From assembly GCA_947476465.1 (NCBI GenBank), contig CANJQN010000012.1, forward strand, positions 59,468 to 91,467: 32,000 nucleotides of DNA, written 5' to 3'. Position 1 is the first letter of the stretch; every line of letters starts with the position of its first letter. The notes below the pieces were generated by a model, which saw nothing but the letters and a program-made list of their open reading frames with translations, made no database searches and was not told the DNA's origin. Below are positions 18,215 through 26,184 of this stretch, piece after piece. Source of the DNA: Comamonadaceae bacterium (GTDB taxonomy: Bacteria > Pseudomonadota > Gammaproteobacteria > Burkholderiales > Burkholderiaceae_C). A program made the position numbers and the translations under genes.

Positions 18215-19168
18215 ATGACCCAAACCATCAAAGTCGCCCTCGCCGGCGCCGGTGCCTTCGGCATCAAGCATCTGGACGGCATGAAGAACATCGCTGGCGT
18301 CGAGGTGGTTTCCCTGGTCGGCCGCGAGCTCGGCAAGACGCGGGAAGTGGCCGGCAAGTACGGCATCGGCCATGTCACCACCGACCTGGCCGACAGCCTG
18401 GCGATCAAGGAGGTGGACGCCGTCATCCTGTGCACGCCCACGCAGATGCATGCCTCGCAGGCGATCGCCTGCATGAAGGCCGGCAAGCACGTGCAAGTGG
18501 AGATCCCCCTGGCCGACAGCCTCAGGGACGCTCAGGAAGTGGTGGCGCTGCAAAAGCGCACCGGCCTGGTCGCCATGTGCGGCCACACCCGCCGCTTCAA
18601 CCCCAGCCACCAGTGGGTGAACAAGAAAATTGCGGCTGGCGAGTTCAACATCCAGCAGATGGACGTACAGACCTACTTCTTGCGCCGCACCAACATGAAC
18701 GCCCTGGGCCAGGCGCGCAGCTGGACCGACCACCTGCTGTGGCACCACGCGGCGCATACCGTGGACCTGTTCGCCTACCAGTGCGGAAGCCCCATCGTGA
18801 AGGCCAATGCCGTGCAGGGCCCGATCCATCCCGCGCTGGGCATCGCCATGGACATGAGCATCCAGCTCAAGGCGGCCAACGGCGCGATCTGCACGCTGTC
18901 GCTGTCGTTCAATAACGATGGCCCGCTGGGCACGTTCTTTCGCTACATCGGCGATACGGGCACCTACCTGGCGCGCTACGACGACCTGTTCAACGGCAAG
19001 GAAGAAAAGATCGACGTGTCCAAGGTCGATGTGTCGATGAACGGCATCGAACTGCAAGACCGTGAGTTCTTCGCCGCCATCCGGGAAGGCCGCGAGCCCA
19101 ACTCCAGCGTGGCGCAGGTGCTGGCCTGTTACGACGTGCTGCACCAGTTGGAGCAGCAGCTGAAGTAA
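18215..19168 (+). CDS. ligC: 4-carboxy-2-hydroxymuconate-6-semialdehyde dehydrogenase (Gfo/Idh/MocA family)
   Basis: GGAG at 18205-18208 lies 6 nt before the ATG at 18215. The Rossmann motif is IKVALAGAGAFGIKH. The product is 317 aa and the gene is last in the operon, as in pmdEFDABC. Confidence 0.88.
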   Translation: MTQTIKVALAGAGAFGIKHLDGMKNIAGVEVVSLVGRELGKTREVAGKYGIGHVTTDLADSLAIKEVDAVILCTPTQMHASQAIACMKAGKHVQVEIPLADSLRDAQEVVALQKRTGLVAMCGHTRRFNPSHQWVNKKIAAGEFNIQQMDVQTYFLRRTNMNALGQARSWTDHLLWHHAAHTVDLFAYQCGSPIVKANAVQGPIHPALGIAMDMSIQLKAANGAICTLSLSFNNDGPLGTFFRYIGDTGTYLARYDDLFNGKEEKIDVSKVDVSMNGIELQDREFFAAIREGREPNSSVAQVLACYDVLHQLEQQLK

Positions 19169-19178
19169 GCTGGGGTTC

Positions 19179-19213
19179 GTCATTCCCGCGAAGGCGGGAA
19201 TCCAGGAGCGAGG
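19179..19213. repeat. REP family 2 half element (left arm only)
   Basis: GTCATTCCCGCGAAGGCGGGAATCCAGGAGCGAGG is near-identical to the left arm at 14953. Confidence 0.75.
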
Positions 19214-19251
19214 TGCTCCGCCGATATTCATGCGGAAGGCACAGTAGACAC

Positions 19252-20259
19252 ATGCATCAGCGCCAACTCGGCCCCTTCACCGTCTCGGCCCTCGGCCTGG
19301 GCTGCATGAACCTCAGCCATGCCTACGGCACCCCGCCGCCGCCCGAAGACGGCGAACGGCTGCTGCAGGCGGCGATCGACCAAGGCGTGACGCTGTTCGA
19401 CACGGCTGCCATGTACGGCTTCGGCACCAACGAAGCGCTGGTGGGCCGCGCGCTCAAGGCGCATCGCCGGAACATCACCTTGTGCAGCAAGGGTGTACTG
19501 GGTGGCGTCAAGGGCGAGGACGGCATCACGCGGCGCGTGATCGACGGCCGGCCCGAAAGCATCCTGCGGTCTTGCGAGGAGAGCCTGCGGCGCCTGCAGA
19601 CCGATGTGATCGACCTGTACTACCTGCACCGCTGGGACAAGAAGGTGCCCATAGAGGAAAGCATGGGCGCGGTCAGCCGCCTGGTCGAGCAGGGCAAGGT
19701 GCGCACGGTGGGCCTGTCGGAGGTGTCGGCCGCCACGCTGCGCCGCGCCCATGCGGTGCATCCGGTCACGGCGCTGCAGACCGAGTACTCGTTGTGGACC
19801 CGCAACCCCGAGATCGCAGGGCTGGCGGCCTGCCGCGAGCTGGGCGTGACTTTCGTGGCCTTCAGTCCGGTCGCCCGCGGATTCCTGTGCGATGCGTTGC
19901 ACGACGTGTCCGCGCTGGCGGAGAAAGATATCCGCCGTGGCATGCCGCGCTTCGAGCCGGCGAACTACGCCGCCAACCTCAAGCTGCTGCCAGGCTACAA
20001 GGCGCTGGCGCAAGAGGCGGGGTGCACGCCCGCCCAGCTGGCCCTGGCTTGGCTGATGCACAAGGGCCCGGACATCATCCCGATCCCCGGCACCTCGCAG
20101 CTGGCCCACCTGCGCGAGAACCTGGACGCCGCCGACCTGCGGTTGAGCCCGGGGCTGGTGGAGCGCCTTGAAGCGCACATCAACGAGCACACGGTCACCG
20201 GCAACCGCTACAGCGCGCAGGCGCGGGCCGAGGTCGATACCGAGGAACTCGGGGCCTGA
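19252..20259 (+). CDS. Aldo/keto reductase (AKR11/13-like NADPH-dependent oxidoreductase)
   Basis: ATG at 19252, since the longer ORF start runs into the REP element. LGLGCMNLSHAYG, FDTAAMYG, LYYLHRWD and IPIPGTSQLAHLRENL are AKR motifs. Confidence 0.88.
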   Translation: MHQRQLGPFTVSALGLGCMNLSHAYGTPPPPEDGERLLQAAIDQGVTLFDTAAMYGFGTNEALVGRALKAHRRNITLCSKGVLGGVKGEDGITRRVIDGRPESILRSCEESLRRLQTDVIDLYYLHRWDKKVPIEESMGAVSRLVEQGKVRTVGLSEVSAATLRRAHAVHPVTALQTEYSLWTRNPEIAGLAACRELGVTFVAFSPVARGFLCDALHDVSALAEKDIRRGMPRFEPANYAANLKLLPGYKALAQEAGCTPAQLALAWLMHKGPDIIPIPGTSQLAHLRENLDAADLRLSPGLVERLEAHINEHTVTGNRYSAQARAEVDTEELGA

Positions 20260-20293
20260 GGGGACAGCCGACCGACCAGAGCGCGCCAGGACT

Positions 20294-20347
20294 CGGAATT
20301 TTCCTAGGCGCCCTCGGACATTTCCGGGCCGGTATCCGGAACATTCC
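20294..20347. promoter_or_regulatory. Three phased copies of a CGGA-N3-TTCC (GGAA-N2-TTCC dyad) motif upstream of the response-regulator gene
   Basis: The copies are CGGAATTTTCC at 20294-20304, CGGACATTTCC at 20315-20325 and CGGAACATTCC at 20337-20347. Their starts are 21 and 22 nt apart, about two helical turns. Confidence 0.35.
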
Positions 20348-20381
20348 GAGGGGACGATTCAGCGTGCGCCGATGGGCGGGC

Positions 20382-20397
20382 TGGCACTGGCGCGGCA
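20382..20397 (+). promoter_or_regulatory. Sigma-54-like -24/-12 element (TGGCAC-N5-CGGCA), weak candidate
   Basis: The TGGCAC is perfect and the GG-N10-GC spacing is correct, but the -12 region reads CGGCA rather than TTGCA. It lies only about 12 nt before the ATG at 20409. Confidence 0.2.
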
Positions 20398-20408
20398 CAG
20401 TCTGGTGC

Positions 20409-20795
20409 ATGGCCTCGAACATTCAACCCCGCGTCTTCCTGGCAGACGATTCCGGCATGATCCGCTCGCGCGTTGCCGCGCTGCTGGGGTCTCATCACAT
20501 GACCGTGGTCGGCGAGGCCACCACGCCGAAGGGCTGCATCGAGGGCATCCTCGCGTCGCACCCGCAGGTGGTGGTGCTCGACGTGCAGCTCCAAGGGGGC
20601 ACGGGCCTTCAGGTGCTGCGCGCGGTGCGCCAGGCGGATCCTGGCATCGCCTTCGTCGTCTTCAGCAATAAGGCCGGCCCGGCCTACCGCAAGCGCTACC
20701 TGGGCGAAGGCGCCGCGTCCTTCCTCGACAAGAGCAGCGACTTCGAACGCCTTCCCGCGGCTGTGGTCACTGCCGGCCAGGCACAGCCCCACTGA
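20409..20795 (+). CDS. Single-domain (CheY-like) response regulator receiver protein
   Basis: ATG at 20409 gives MASNIQPRVFLADDSGMIR, with the acidic pair DD. The phospho-acceptor context is VVVLDVQL, followed by VVFSN and FLDKS for the Ser/Thr and Lys positions. There is no output domain, and no kinase gene in the window. Confidence 0.8.
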   Translation: MASNIQPRVFLADDSGMIRSRVAALLGSHHMTVVGEATTPKGCIEGILASHPQVVVLDVQLQGGTGLQVLRAVRQADPGIAFVVFSNKAGPAYRKRYLGEGAASFLDKSSDFERLPAAVVTAGQAQPH

Positions 20796-20814
20796 ATTCC
20801 ACGAAAGACACACC

Positions 20815-21636
20815 ATGAACATCGCCAACCGCATCGCCCCTGTCCGTGTCGTGCCCGCTCGTGCCCAGACCCAGGGGGCCGACTGCGCCCCCTGCCACGG
20901 CAGCCAGGCCGGCATCGCCTCCGGCGCGACGCCGCTCAAGACGCAGTGCTCCAACTGCCACCTGCGCGACATCTGCCTGCCCTGCGGCCTCGATACGCTC
21001 GATCTCGAGCGGCTCGACACCATGATGTTCGGCCGCCGCAAGATCAAGGCGGGCGAGGAGCTTTTCCGAGGCGGAGAGCGCTTCCAGTTCATCTACGCGG
21101 TGCGAACCGGCACGTTCAAGTCCTCCCTGATGCTGGCCGACGGCCGCGAGCAGGTCTCGGGCTTTCACATGGCCGGCGAGCTCATGGGCCTGGATGGCCT
21201 AGCCAACGGCCGCCATGCCAGCTCGGCCATTGCGCTCGAAGACGCCGATGTCTGCGCCATCCCTTATGTCCACCTGACCGAGCTGGCGACTGGCAGCGCC
21301 GACATGCAGATGGTGATGGCCCGCCTCATGAGCCGCGAGATCGTGCGCGAGCACAGCCTGATGATGCTGCTGGGCAGCATGAACGCTGAGGAGCGACTGG
21401 CCGCCTTCCTGATCAATCTGTCGCAGCGCATGAAGGCGCGTGGTTACTCGCCCAGCGAGTTTCACCTGCGCATGTCGCGCGCCGAGATCGGCAGCTACCT
21501 GGGCATGAAGCTCGAGACGGTCAGCCGCACCTTCTCGGCCTTCCAGCAGCAACGGCTGCTGGAGGTGGACAAACGGCACATCCGCATCGTCGACCTCGAG
21601 GGCCTGACCCGGGCGTTCGAGGCACGGGCGCATTGA
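20815..21636 (+). CDS. fnr: Crp/Fnr-family oxygen-sensing transcriptional regulator (FNR/ANR type)
   Basis: The Cys cluster is QCSNCHLRDICLPC (C-x2-C-x5-C as in FNR Cys20/23/29). DVCAIPY is equivalent to FNR Cys122. A cNMP-binding-like domain follows, and the C-terminal HTH is RAEIGSYLGMKLETVSRTFS. Confidence 0.9.
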   Translation: MNIANRIAPVRVVPARAQTQGADCAPCHGSQAGIASGATPLKTQCSNCHLRDICLPCGLDTLDLERLDTMMFGRRKIKAGEELFRGGERFQFIYAVRTGTFKSSLMLADGREQVSGFHMAGELMGLDGLANGRHASSAIALEDADVCAIPYVHLTELATGSADMQMVMARLMSREIVREHSLMMLLGSMNAEERLAAFLINLSQRMKARGYSPSEFHLRMSRAEIGSYLGMKLETVSRTFSAFQQQRLLEVDKRHIRIVDLEGLTRAFEARAH

Positions 21637-21694
21637 CCCATCCCCGACGCGCATTCGGCGTAGCCGGCGATGCACAGCCCTGCCGCGCACCGCG

Positions 21695-21708
21695 TTGACT
21701 CAGGTCAA
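21695..21708. promoter_or_regulatory. FNR/ANR box (TTGAC-TCAG-GTCAA), a perfect palindrome
   Basis: It matches the TTGAT-N4-ATCAA family consensus in 8 of 10 half-site positions and is perfectly symmetric. It is centred about 70 nt upstream of the usp ATG (21772). Confidence 0.7.
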
Positions 21709-21771
21709 ACCGCGGCGGTGCCCGGCGGCGCATCATTCGCGCATTGACAGCCCTACCGAGCGAGGTTTCCC

Positions 21772-22212
21772 ATGTTCAAGCGCATCCTCCTGGCCACCGA
21801 CGGCTCCCCGGCGTCCGATCACGCGGCCGAGATGGCCGTGTCCCTGGCGCGGCTGCACGGTGCAAGCCTGACCAGCCTGTACGTGGTCGACCCCTATCCC
21901 TACCTGGGCATCGGCGAGACCAACCCCATGGGCTTCGAGGCCTACATGAACGCCGCCCGCGAGCACGCCACCGGGTCCCTGTCGCGCCTGGCTGCCCTTT
22001 GCGAGCGCCAGCAGCCGCCGCTGGCGCTGGAGCAGCGCATCGTCGAGGACGTCTCCGCCGTCGAAGGCATCCTGCGCACCGCCAAGGACGAAGGCTGCGA
22101 CCTGATCGTGGTCGGCTCGCACGGGCGCTCGGGCCTGTCGCGCCTGATGCTGGGCAGCGTCGCGTCCAAGATAGTGGCGCATTCGACCGTGCCGGTGCTG
22201 GTCACGCGCTGA
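21772..22212 (+). CDS. Universal stress protein (UspA family)
   Basis: MFKRILLATDGSPASDHAAEMAVSLA at the N-terminus and DLIVVGSHGRSGLSRLMLGSVASKIVAHSTVPVLV (ATP-binding G-x2-G-x9-G-S motif) at the C-terminus. Confidence 0.87.
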   Translation: MFKRILLATDGSPASDHAAEMAVSLARLHGASLTSLYVVDPYPYLGIGETNPMGFEAYMNAAREHATGSLSRLAALCERQQPPLALEQRIVEDVSAVEGILRTAKDEGCDLIVVGSHGRSGLSRLMLGSVASKIVAHSTVPVLVTR

Positions 22213-22241
22213 AGTCCCGTCTTTCCGAAGGTTGCCGTAGC

Positions 22242-23618
22242 ATGACCACGATCTCGCCGCAGTTGCTGCAGCGCTACGACGTCAGCGGCCCGCGCTACAC
22301 CTCCTATCCCACGGCGGACCGCTTCGTCGAGGCTTTCACCGCGGCCGACTACGCGCAGGCGCTGCAGCAGCGCGGCCAGCAAGCGTCGGCGCTGCCGCTG
22401 TCGCTGTATGTGCACATCCCGTTTTGCGAATCGCTGTGCTACTACTGCGCCTGCAACAAGATCATCACCAAGCACCACGAGCGCGGCGCGCAGTACCTGG
22501 CCTTGCTCTCGCGTGAGGTGGAGCTGCAGGTGGCGCAGCTGGGCGGCGGCCGCAGCGTGAGCCAGCTGCACCTGGGCGGCGGCACGCCCACCTTTCTGTC
22601 CGACGACGAGCTGGCCCAGCTCATGGCCATGTTGCGTCGCCATTTCCAGTTGGTGCCCGGGGGTGAATACTCGATCGAGGTTGATCCGCGCACGGTCAAT
22701 AGCCAGCGCCTGCAAGCCCTGGCGCGCCTGGGTTTCAACCGCATCAGCTTCGGCGTGCAGGACTTCGACCCCGAGGTGCAGAAGGCGGTGCATCGGGTGC
22801 AGCCGGCCGAGCTGGTGTTCGCGCTGGTCGACGAAGCCCGGCGCATCGGCTTCGAGTCGATCAATGTGGACCTGATCTACGGCCTGCCGCGTCAGACCCG
22901 CGAGTCTTTCCTGCGCACGCTGGGGCAGGTGGGCCACCTGCGGCCCGACCGCATCGCGCTGTATGGCTATGCGCACCTGCCGCAGCGCTTCAAGCCGCAA
23001 CGGCGCATCGTGCCGGCGGAGCTTCCGCTCGCCGTGGACAAGGTGGGCATGCTGGCTGACGCGCTCGATTCGTTCCAGGGCGAAGGCTATGTGTACGTCG
23101 GCATGGACCACTTTGCGCTGCCCGACGATCCGCTGGCGGTGGCCAAACGCCAAGGCCGGCTGCACCGCAACTTTCAGGGCTACAGCACGCAGCCCGACTG
23201 CGACCTGATCGCCCTGGGCGTGTCGGCCATCGGCCGCATCGGCGCCACCTACAGCCAGAACGCCAAGACGATTGACGAATACCGCGACCTGATCGAACAG
23301 GGGCAGTTGCCGGTCACGCGTGGGCTGGCGCTCAACCGCGACGACCTGGCCCGCCGCGCGGTGATCATGGCCCTGATGTGCCAGGGCCAGGTGTTGTTCG
23401 AGTCGATCGAGCTGGCCTGGATGATCGACTTCCGCAGCTACTTCGCCGCCGAGATGGAGCGCCTGCCGGCGCTGGCCGACCAGGGGCTTGTGCAGGTGAG
23501 CAAGCACGGCATCGAGGTCACGGCCACAGGCTGGTACTTCGTGCGGGCGGTCGCCATGGTGTTCGACCGTTACCTGCAGGCCGACCGGCACCGCGTTCAG
23601 TTCTCGCGCATTCTTTGA
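22242..23618 (+). CDS. hemN: Oxygen-independent coproporphyrinogen III oxidase (radical SAM)
   Basis: ATG at 22242. GPRYTSYPTADRF, the radical-SAM motif HIPFCESLCYYCACN, GGGTPTFL, and the HemN C-terminal domain. The product is about 458 aa. Confidence 0.93.
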   Translation: MTTISPQLLQRYDVSGPRYTSYPTADRFVEAFTAADYAQALQQRGQQASALPLSLYVHIPFCESLCYYCACNKIITKHHERGAQYLALLSREVELQVAQLGGGRSVSQLHLGGGTPTFLSDDELAQLMAMLRRHFQLVPGGEYSIEVDPRTVNSQRLQALARLGFNRISFGVQDFDPEVQKAVHRVQPAELVFALVDEARRIGFESINVDLIYGLPRQTRESFLRTLGQVGHLRPDRIALYGYAHLPQRFKPQRRIVPAELPLAVDKVGMLADALDSFQGEGYVYVGMDHFALPDDPLAVAKRQGRLHRNFQGYSTQPDCDLIALGVSAIGRIGATYSQNAKTIDEYRDLIEQGQLPVTRGLALNRDDLARRAVIMALMCQGQVLFESIELAWMIDFRSYFAAEMERLPALADQGLVQVSKHGIEVTATGWYFVRAVAMVFDRYLQADRHRVQFSRIL

Positions 23619-23637
23619 CGCGCTGAGCCAATTGGCC

Positions 23638-24315
23638 ATGTCCGCTACAACGCTCGCCGCCACCGCCTTGTTGATGGGGCTGGCCGGCGGCCCGCACTGC
23701 GCCGCCATGTGCGGGGCCGCCTGTGCGGGCGTCACCCGCATCGGCCGGGGCTCGGCGCAGCGCTCGATGTGGACCTTTCAGGCCGGGCGCCTGGCCGGCT
23801 ATGCCGGTGCCGGTGCTGTGGCGGCCGGCCTGGTGCAAAGTTTTGCCTGGCTCACCACCCAGACTGCGGCGCTGCGCCCGGCCTGGACGCTGTTTCACCT
23901 GCTGGTGCTGGCCTGGGGCCTGACCCTGCTGGTCCTGGCGCGCCAGCCCGGCTGGGCCCAGCAGGCCGGTCTGGCCGCCTGGAGCCGCGTGCGGCCCCTG
24001 GTGCAGCGCACGGGTGGCGTCTTCGGTGCGGGGGCGTTGTGGACCTTCATGCCCTGCGGGCTGCTGTATTCGGCCCTGCTGGTCGCCTCGCTCAGCGGCG
24101 GGCCCTTGCAAGGCGCGGTGGCGATGGCCTTGTTCGCCGCCGCCAGCAGCCTGGGCCTGGTCCTCGCTCCGCAGGTGCTGGCCCGCATCCGCAGTGCCGG
24201 CAACCGCCTGCGCCAGGACTGGGGCACGCGCGCGGCCGGCGGCCTGCTGGCTGCCACGGCGGTGTTCGCGCTGTGGATGGATTTGTCAGAGCAGATTGCG
24301 ATCTGGTGCGCTTGA
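23638..24315 (+). CDS. DsbD_2 / UreH-like (TauE-SafE-related) integral membrane protein
   Basis: GLAGGPHCAAMCG lies near the N-terminus, with a second FMPCGLLYSAL motif. There are about six hydrophobic segments. It follows hemN by about 20 nt. Confidence 0.7.
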   Translation: MSATTLAATALLMGLAGGPHCAAMCGAACAGVTRIGRGSAQRSMWTFQAGRLAGYAGAGAVAAGLVQSFAWLTTQTAALRPAWTLFHLLVLAWGLTLLVLARQPGWAQQAGLAAWSRVRPLVQRTGGVFGAGALWTFMPCGLLYSALLVASLSGGPLQGAVAMALFAAASSLGLVLAPQVLARIRSAGNRLRQDWGTRAAGGLLAATAVFALWMDLSEQIAIWCA

Positions 24316-24409
24316 GGCGCGCAGGGCGCGGGGCAGGTTAGCGCCCGGTCTGCGTGGGTTCCGGAATTGGCCGGAGAACGCAATGGCAGTGTCGTAAGAT
24401 GCGCTTTGC

Positions 24410-24757
24410 ATGACTTTCACAGCCGTTCGCCGCCTGATTACCTCGCACCGCTGCGCTTGGCTTCTGATATTCGCGTTATGGCTGCCGGGAGCGCAATTGG
24501 CTGCGGCGACCCATGCGCTGGTGCACCTGTACGCGACGGACATCGGCGATCCAGACCTGGCGGACCAGGCCCCCAGCACCTGCGAACTATGTGTGGTGGC
24601 TTCTGCCGTTAGCGGCGGCGGAGCCGCTTCGCACCCGCCGGCGCTGATTGGGCTCGAGCCGGCAGCACTCGCGGTCTTTTTCCTCACGCACGCCGCGCCT
24701 GTATCACGCCCTGCGCTTGCCTACCGCAGTCGCGCGCCTCCGCTTCCGCACGTCTGA
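24410..24757 (+). CDS. Small secreted His/Cys-motif protein (DUF2946-like, tentative)
   Basis: There is a signal-peptide-like N-terminus (RCAWLLIFALWLPGAQLAAA|TH). The mature part begins with H-x3-H (HALVH) and contains C-x2-C (CELC). Codon usage has more A/T-ending codons than the core genes. No Shine-Dalgarno sequence is present, and a TAAGAT -10-like hexamer lies at 24395-24400. Confidence 0.45.
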   Translation: MTFTAVRRLITSHRCAWLLIFALWLPGAQLAAATHALVHLYATDIGDPDLADQAPSTCELCVVASAVSGGGAASHPPALIGLEPAALAVFFLTHAAPVSRPALAYRSRAPPLPHV

Positions 24758-24766
24758 CCTCGTTCC

Positions 24767-24785
24767 CACGCGCCGATAGCGCGTG
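24767..24785 (+). terminator. GC-rich hairpin (CACGCGC-CGATA-GCGCGTG) followed by AGTTTG, a possible attenuator or partial terminator
   Basis: A perfect 7-bp stem with a 5-nt loop sits between the small ORF and the outer-membrane protein gene. The U-tract is short. Confidence 0.3.
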
Positions 24786-24814
24786 AGTTTGACATTCGTC
24801 GTGAAGGAGCAACC

Positions 24815-26173
24815 ATGCAGAGATTTTTTCGCCAGGTAGGATGGGCTCTGTGCCTGGCCGCGGGCGGCGCGAGCGCCCAGATGTCCCCGGATACCCAAGC
24901 GCTCAAGCGGGAATTGGACGCAATGCGTGCCGAATACGAGGCACGCATCCGTGCCCTTGAGCAGAAGCTTCTGGCCGCCGAGCAGGCGAGCCCCACGCCA
25001 ATCGCGGCTGCACCGATCGCGGTCGCACCGCCGCAACCGGACGGAGGTAGCCGTGGGCAGCTGGACATTTCCATGATCCTGTCGGGCCAGTACACCAACA
25101 CGCGGCGGGATCCCTCCACTTATCGCATCCGCGGTTTCCAGTTGCCAACGGATGCGGAGTTCGGCCCCGGGACCCGCGGCTTCAGCTTGTCTGAGACCGA
25201 ACTGACGCTGGGCGCCAATATCGACCCGTACTTTCGCGGTCAGGCGACCTTCGCCATAACGCCTGAGAACGAGATCGAAGTGGAGGAGGCGTACGTGCAG
25301 ACCACCGCCCTGGGTCGCGGCCTGACGGTCAGGGCGGGCCGTTTCTTGTCGAGCGTCGGTTACCTGAACGCGCAGCACCGCCACACCTGGGACTTCGCCG
25401 ACGCGCCCCTGGCGTACCAGGCGATGCTGGGCACGCAGTTCGCCGAGGACGGACTTCAGTTCACTTGGCTGGCGCCGACCGACCGCTTCTTCGAAGTGCG
25501 GGCGCAAGTGGGGCGCGGCAGCAGCTTCCCAGGCAGCGACGGCGCGCGAAACGGCGCGGGCGCAGTGGCCTTGGCAGCGCACATCGGCGACGACTTCGGC
25601 ACCAGCCACAGCTGGCGAGCCGGCCTGTCGGTACTGCAGGCGAAAGCAGGCGGGCAGGAACTCGCGGCCACCGACCTGGCCGGCAACGACATCACGAACT
25701 CCTTCACCGGCCGAACTCGGACGTGGATCGCCGATGCCGTGTATCGCTGGGCGCCCAACGGCAACCCCAAGCAGACCAACTTCAAGCTGCAAGCTGAATA
25801 CCTGGACAGTCGTCGCGACGGCGAGATGCTTGTCGACACGGCCGGTGCCGCGTCCGCGGGCAGCTTCGCCGCCAACCAGTCGGGCTGGTACCTGCAGGGC
25901 GTCTACCAGTTCATGCCGCGCTGGCGGCTGGGCGTTCGCACGGAACGCCTGAGCCCCGGCGTGCCGAACTTCGGCACTAACGCCGGCCTGGTCGACCTGG
26001 GGACGGGGACGCCGCGCCGCAACACGCTGATGCTGGAGCACAACCCCAGTGAATTTTCCCGCTTCCGTGTGCAGGTGGCGCAGGACCGCGCGCGCGGCAA
26101 CGGCGGCCGCGACTTGCAATGGTGGCTGCAGTACCAGATGAGCCTGGGCGCGCACGGTGCGCACGGATTCTGA
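24815..26173 (+). CDS. Outer-membrane beta-barrel protein with an N-terminal coiled coil (possibly porin O/P-like), a putative metal-uptake channel
   Basis: GAAGGAG at 24803-24809 precedes the ATG. The signal peptide is MQRFFRQVGWALCLAAGGASAQ. The coiled coil is LKRELDAMRAEYEARIRALEQKLLAAEQ. A long run of amphipathic beta-strand-like segments follows. The C-terminus is ...LGAHGAHGF, ending in the terminal Phe typical of OMPs. Confidence 0.72.
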   Translation: MQRFFRQVGWALCLAAGGASAQMSPDTQALKRELDAMRAEYEARIRALEQKLLAAEQASPTPIAAAPIAVAPPQPDGGSRGQLDISMILSGQYTNTRRDPSTYRIRGFQLPTDAEFGPGTRGFSLSETELTLGANIDPYFRGQATFAITPENEIEVEEAYVQTTALGRGLTVRAGRFLSSVGYLNAQHRHTWDFADAPLAYQAMLGTQFAEDGLQFTWLAPTDRFFEVRAQVGRGSSFPGSDGARNGAGAVALAAHIGDDFGTSHSWRAGLSVLQAKAGGQELAATDLAGNDITNSFTGRTRTWIADAVYRWAPNGNPKQTNFKLQAEYLDSRRDGEMLVDTAGAASAGSFAANQSGWYLQGVYQFMPRWRLGVRTERLSPGVPNFGTNAGLVDLGTGTPRRNTLMLEHNPSEFSRFRVQVAQDRARGNGGRDLQWWLQYQMSLGAHGAHGF

Positions 26174-26184
26174 AGGAGCGCACG

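Noticed and set aside
24324-24346. GGGCGC-N11-GCGCCC after the DsbD_2-type gene could be an intrinsic terminator.
   Set aside because: It has a 6-bp stem with an 11-nt loop and no T-tract, which is not convincing.
24316-24409. I searched for a Zur/Fur-type operator upstream of the metal islet. The only candidates are weak palindromes: TTCCGG-AATTGG-CCGGAGAA and GTCGTAAGATGC/GCTTTGCATGAC.
   Set aside because: Neither resembles the AT-rich Zur/Fur consensus I know. The matches are only partial (about 7 of 12 positions) and could easily arise by chance.
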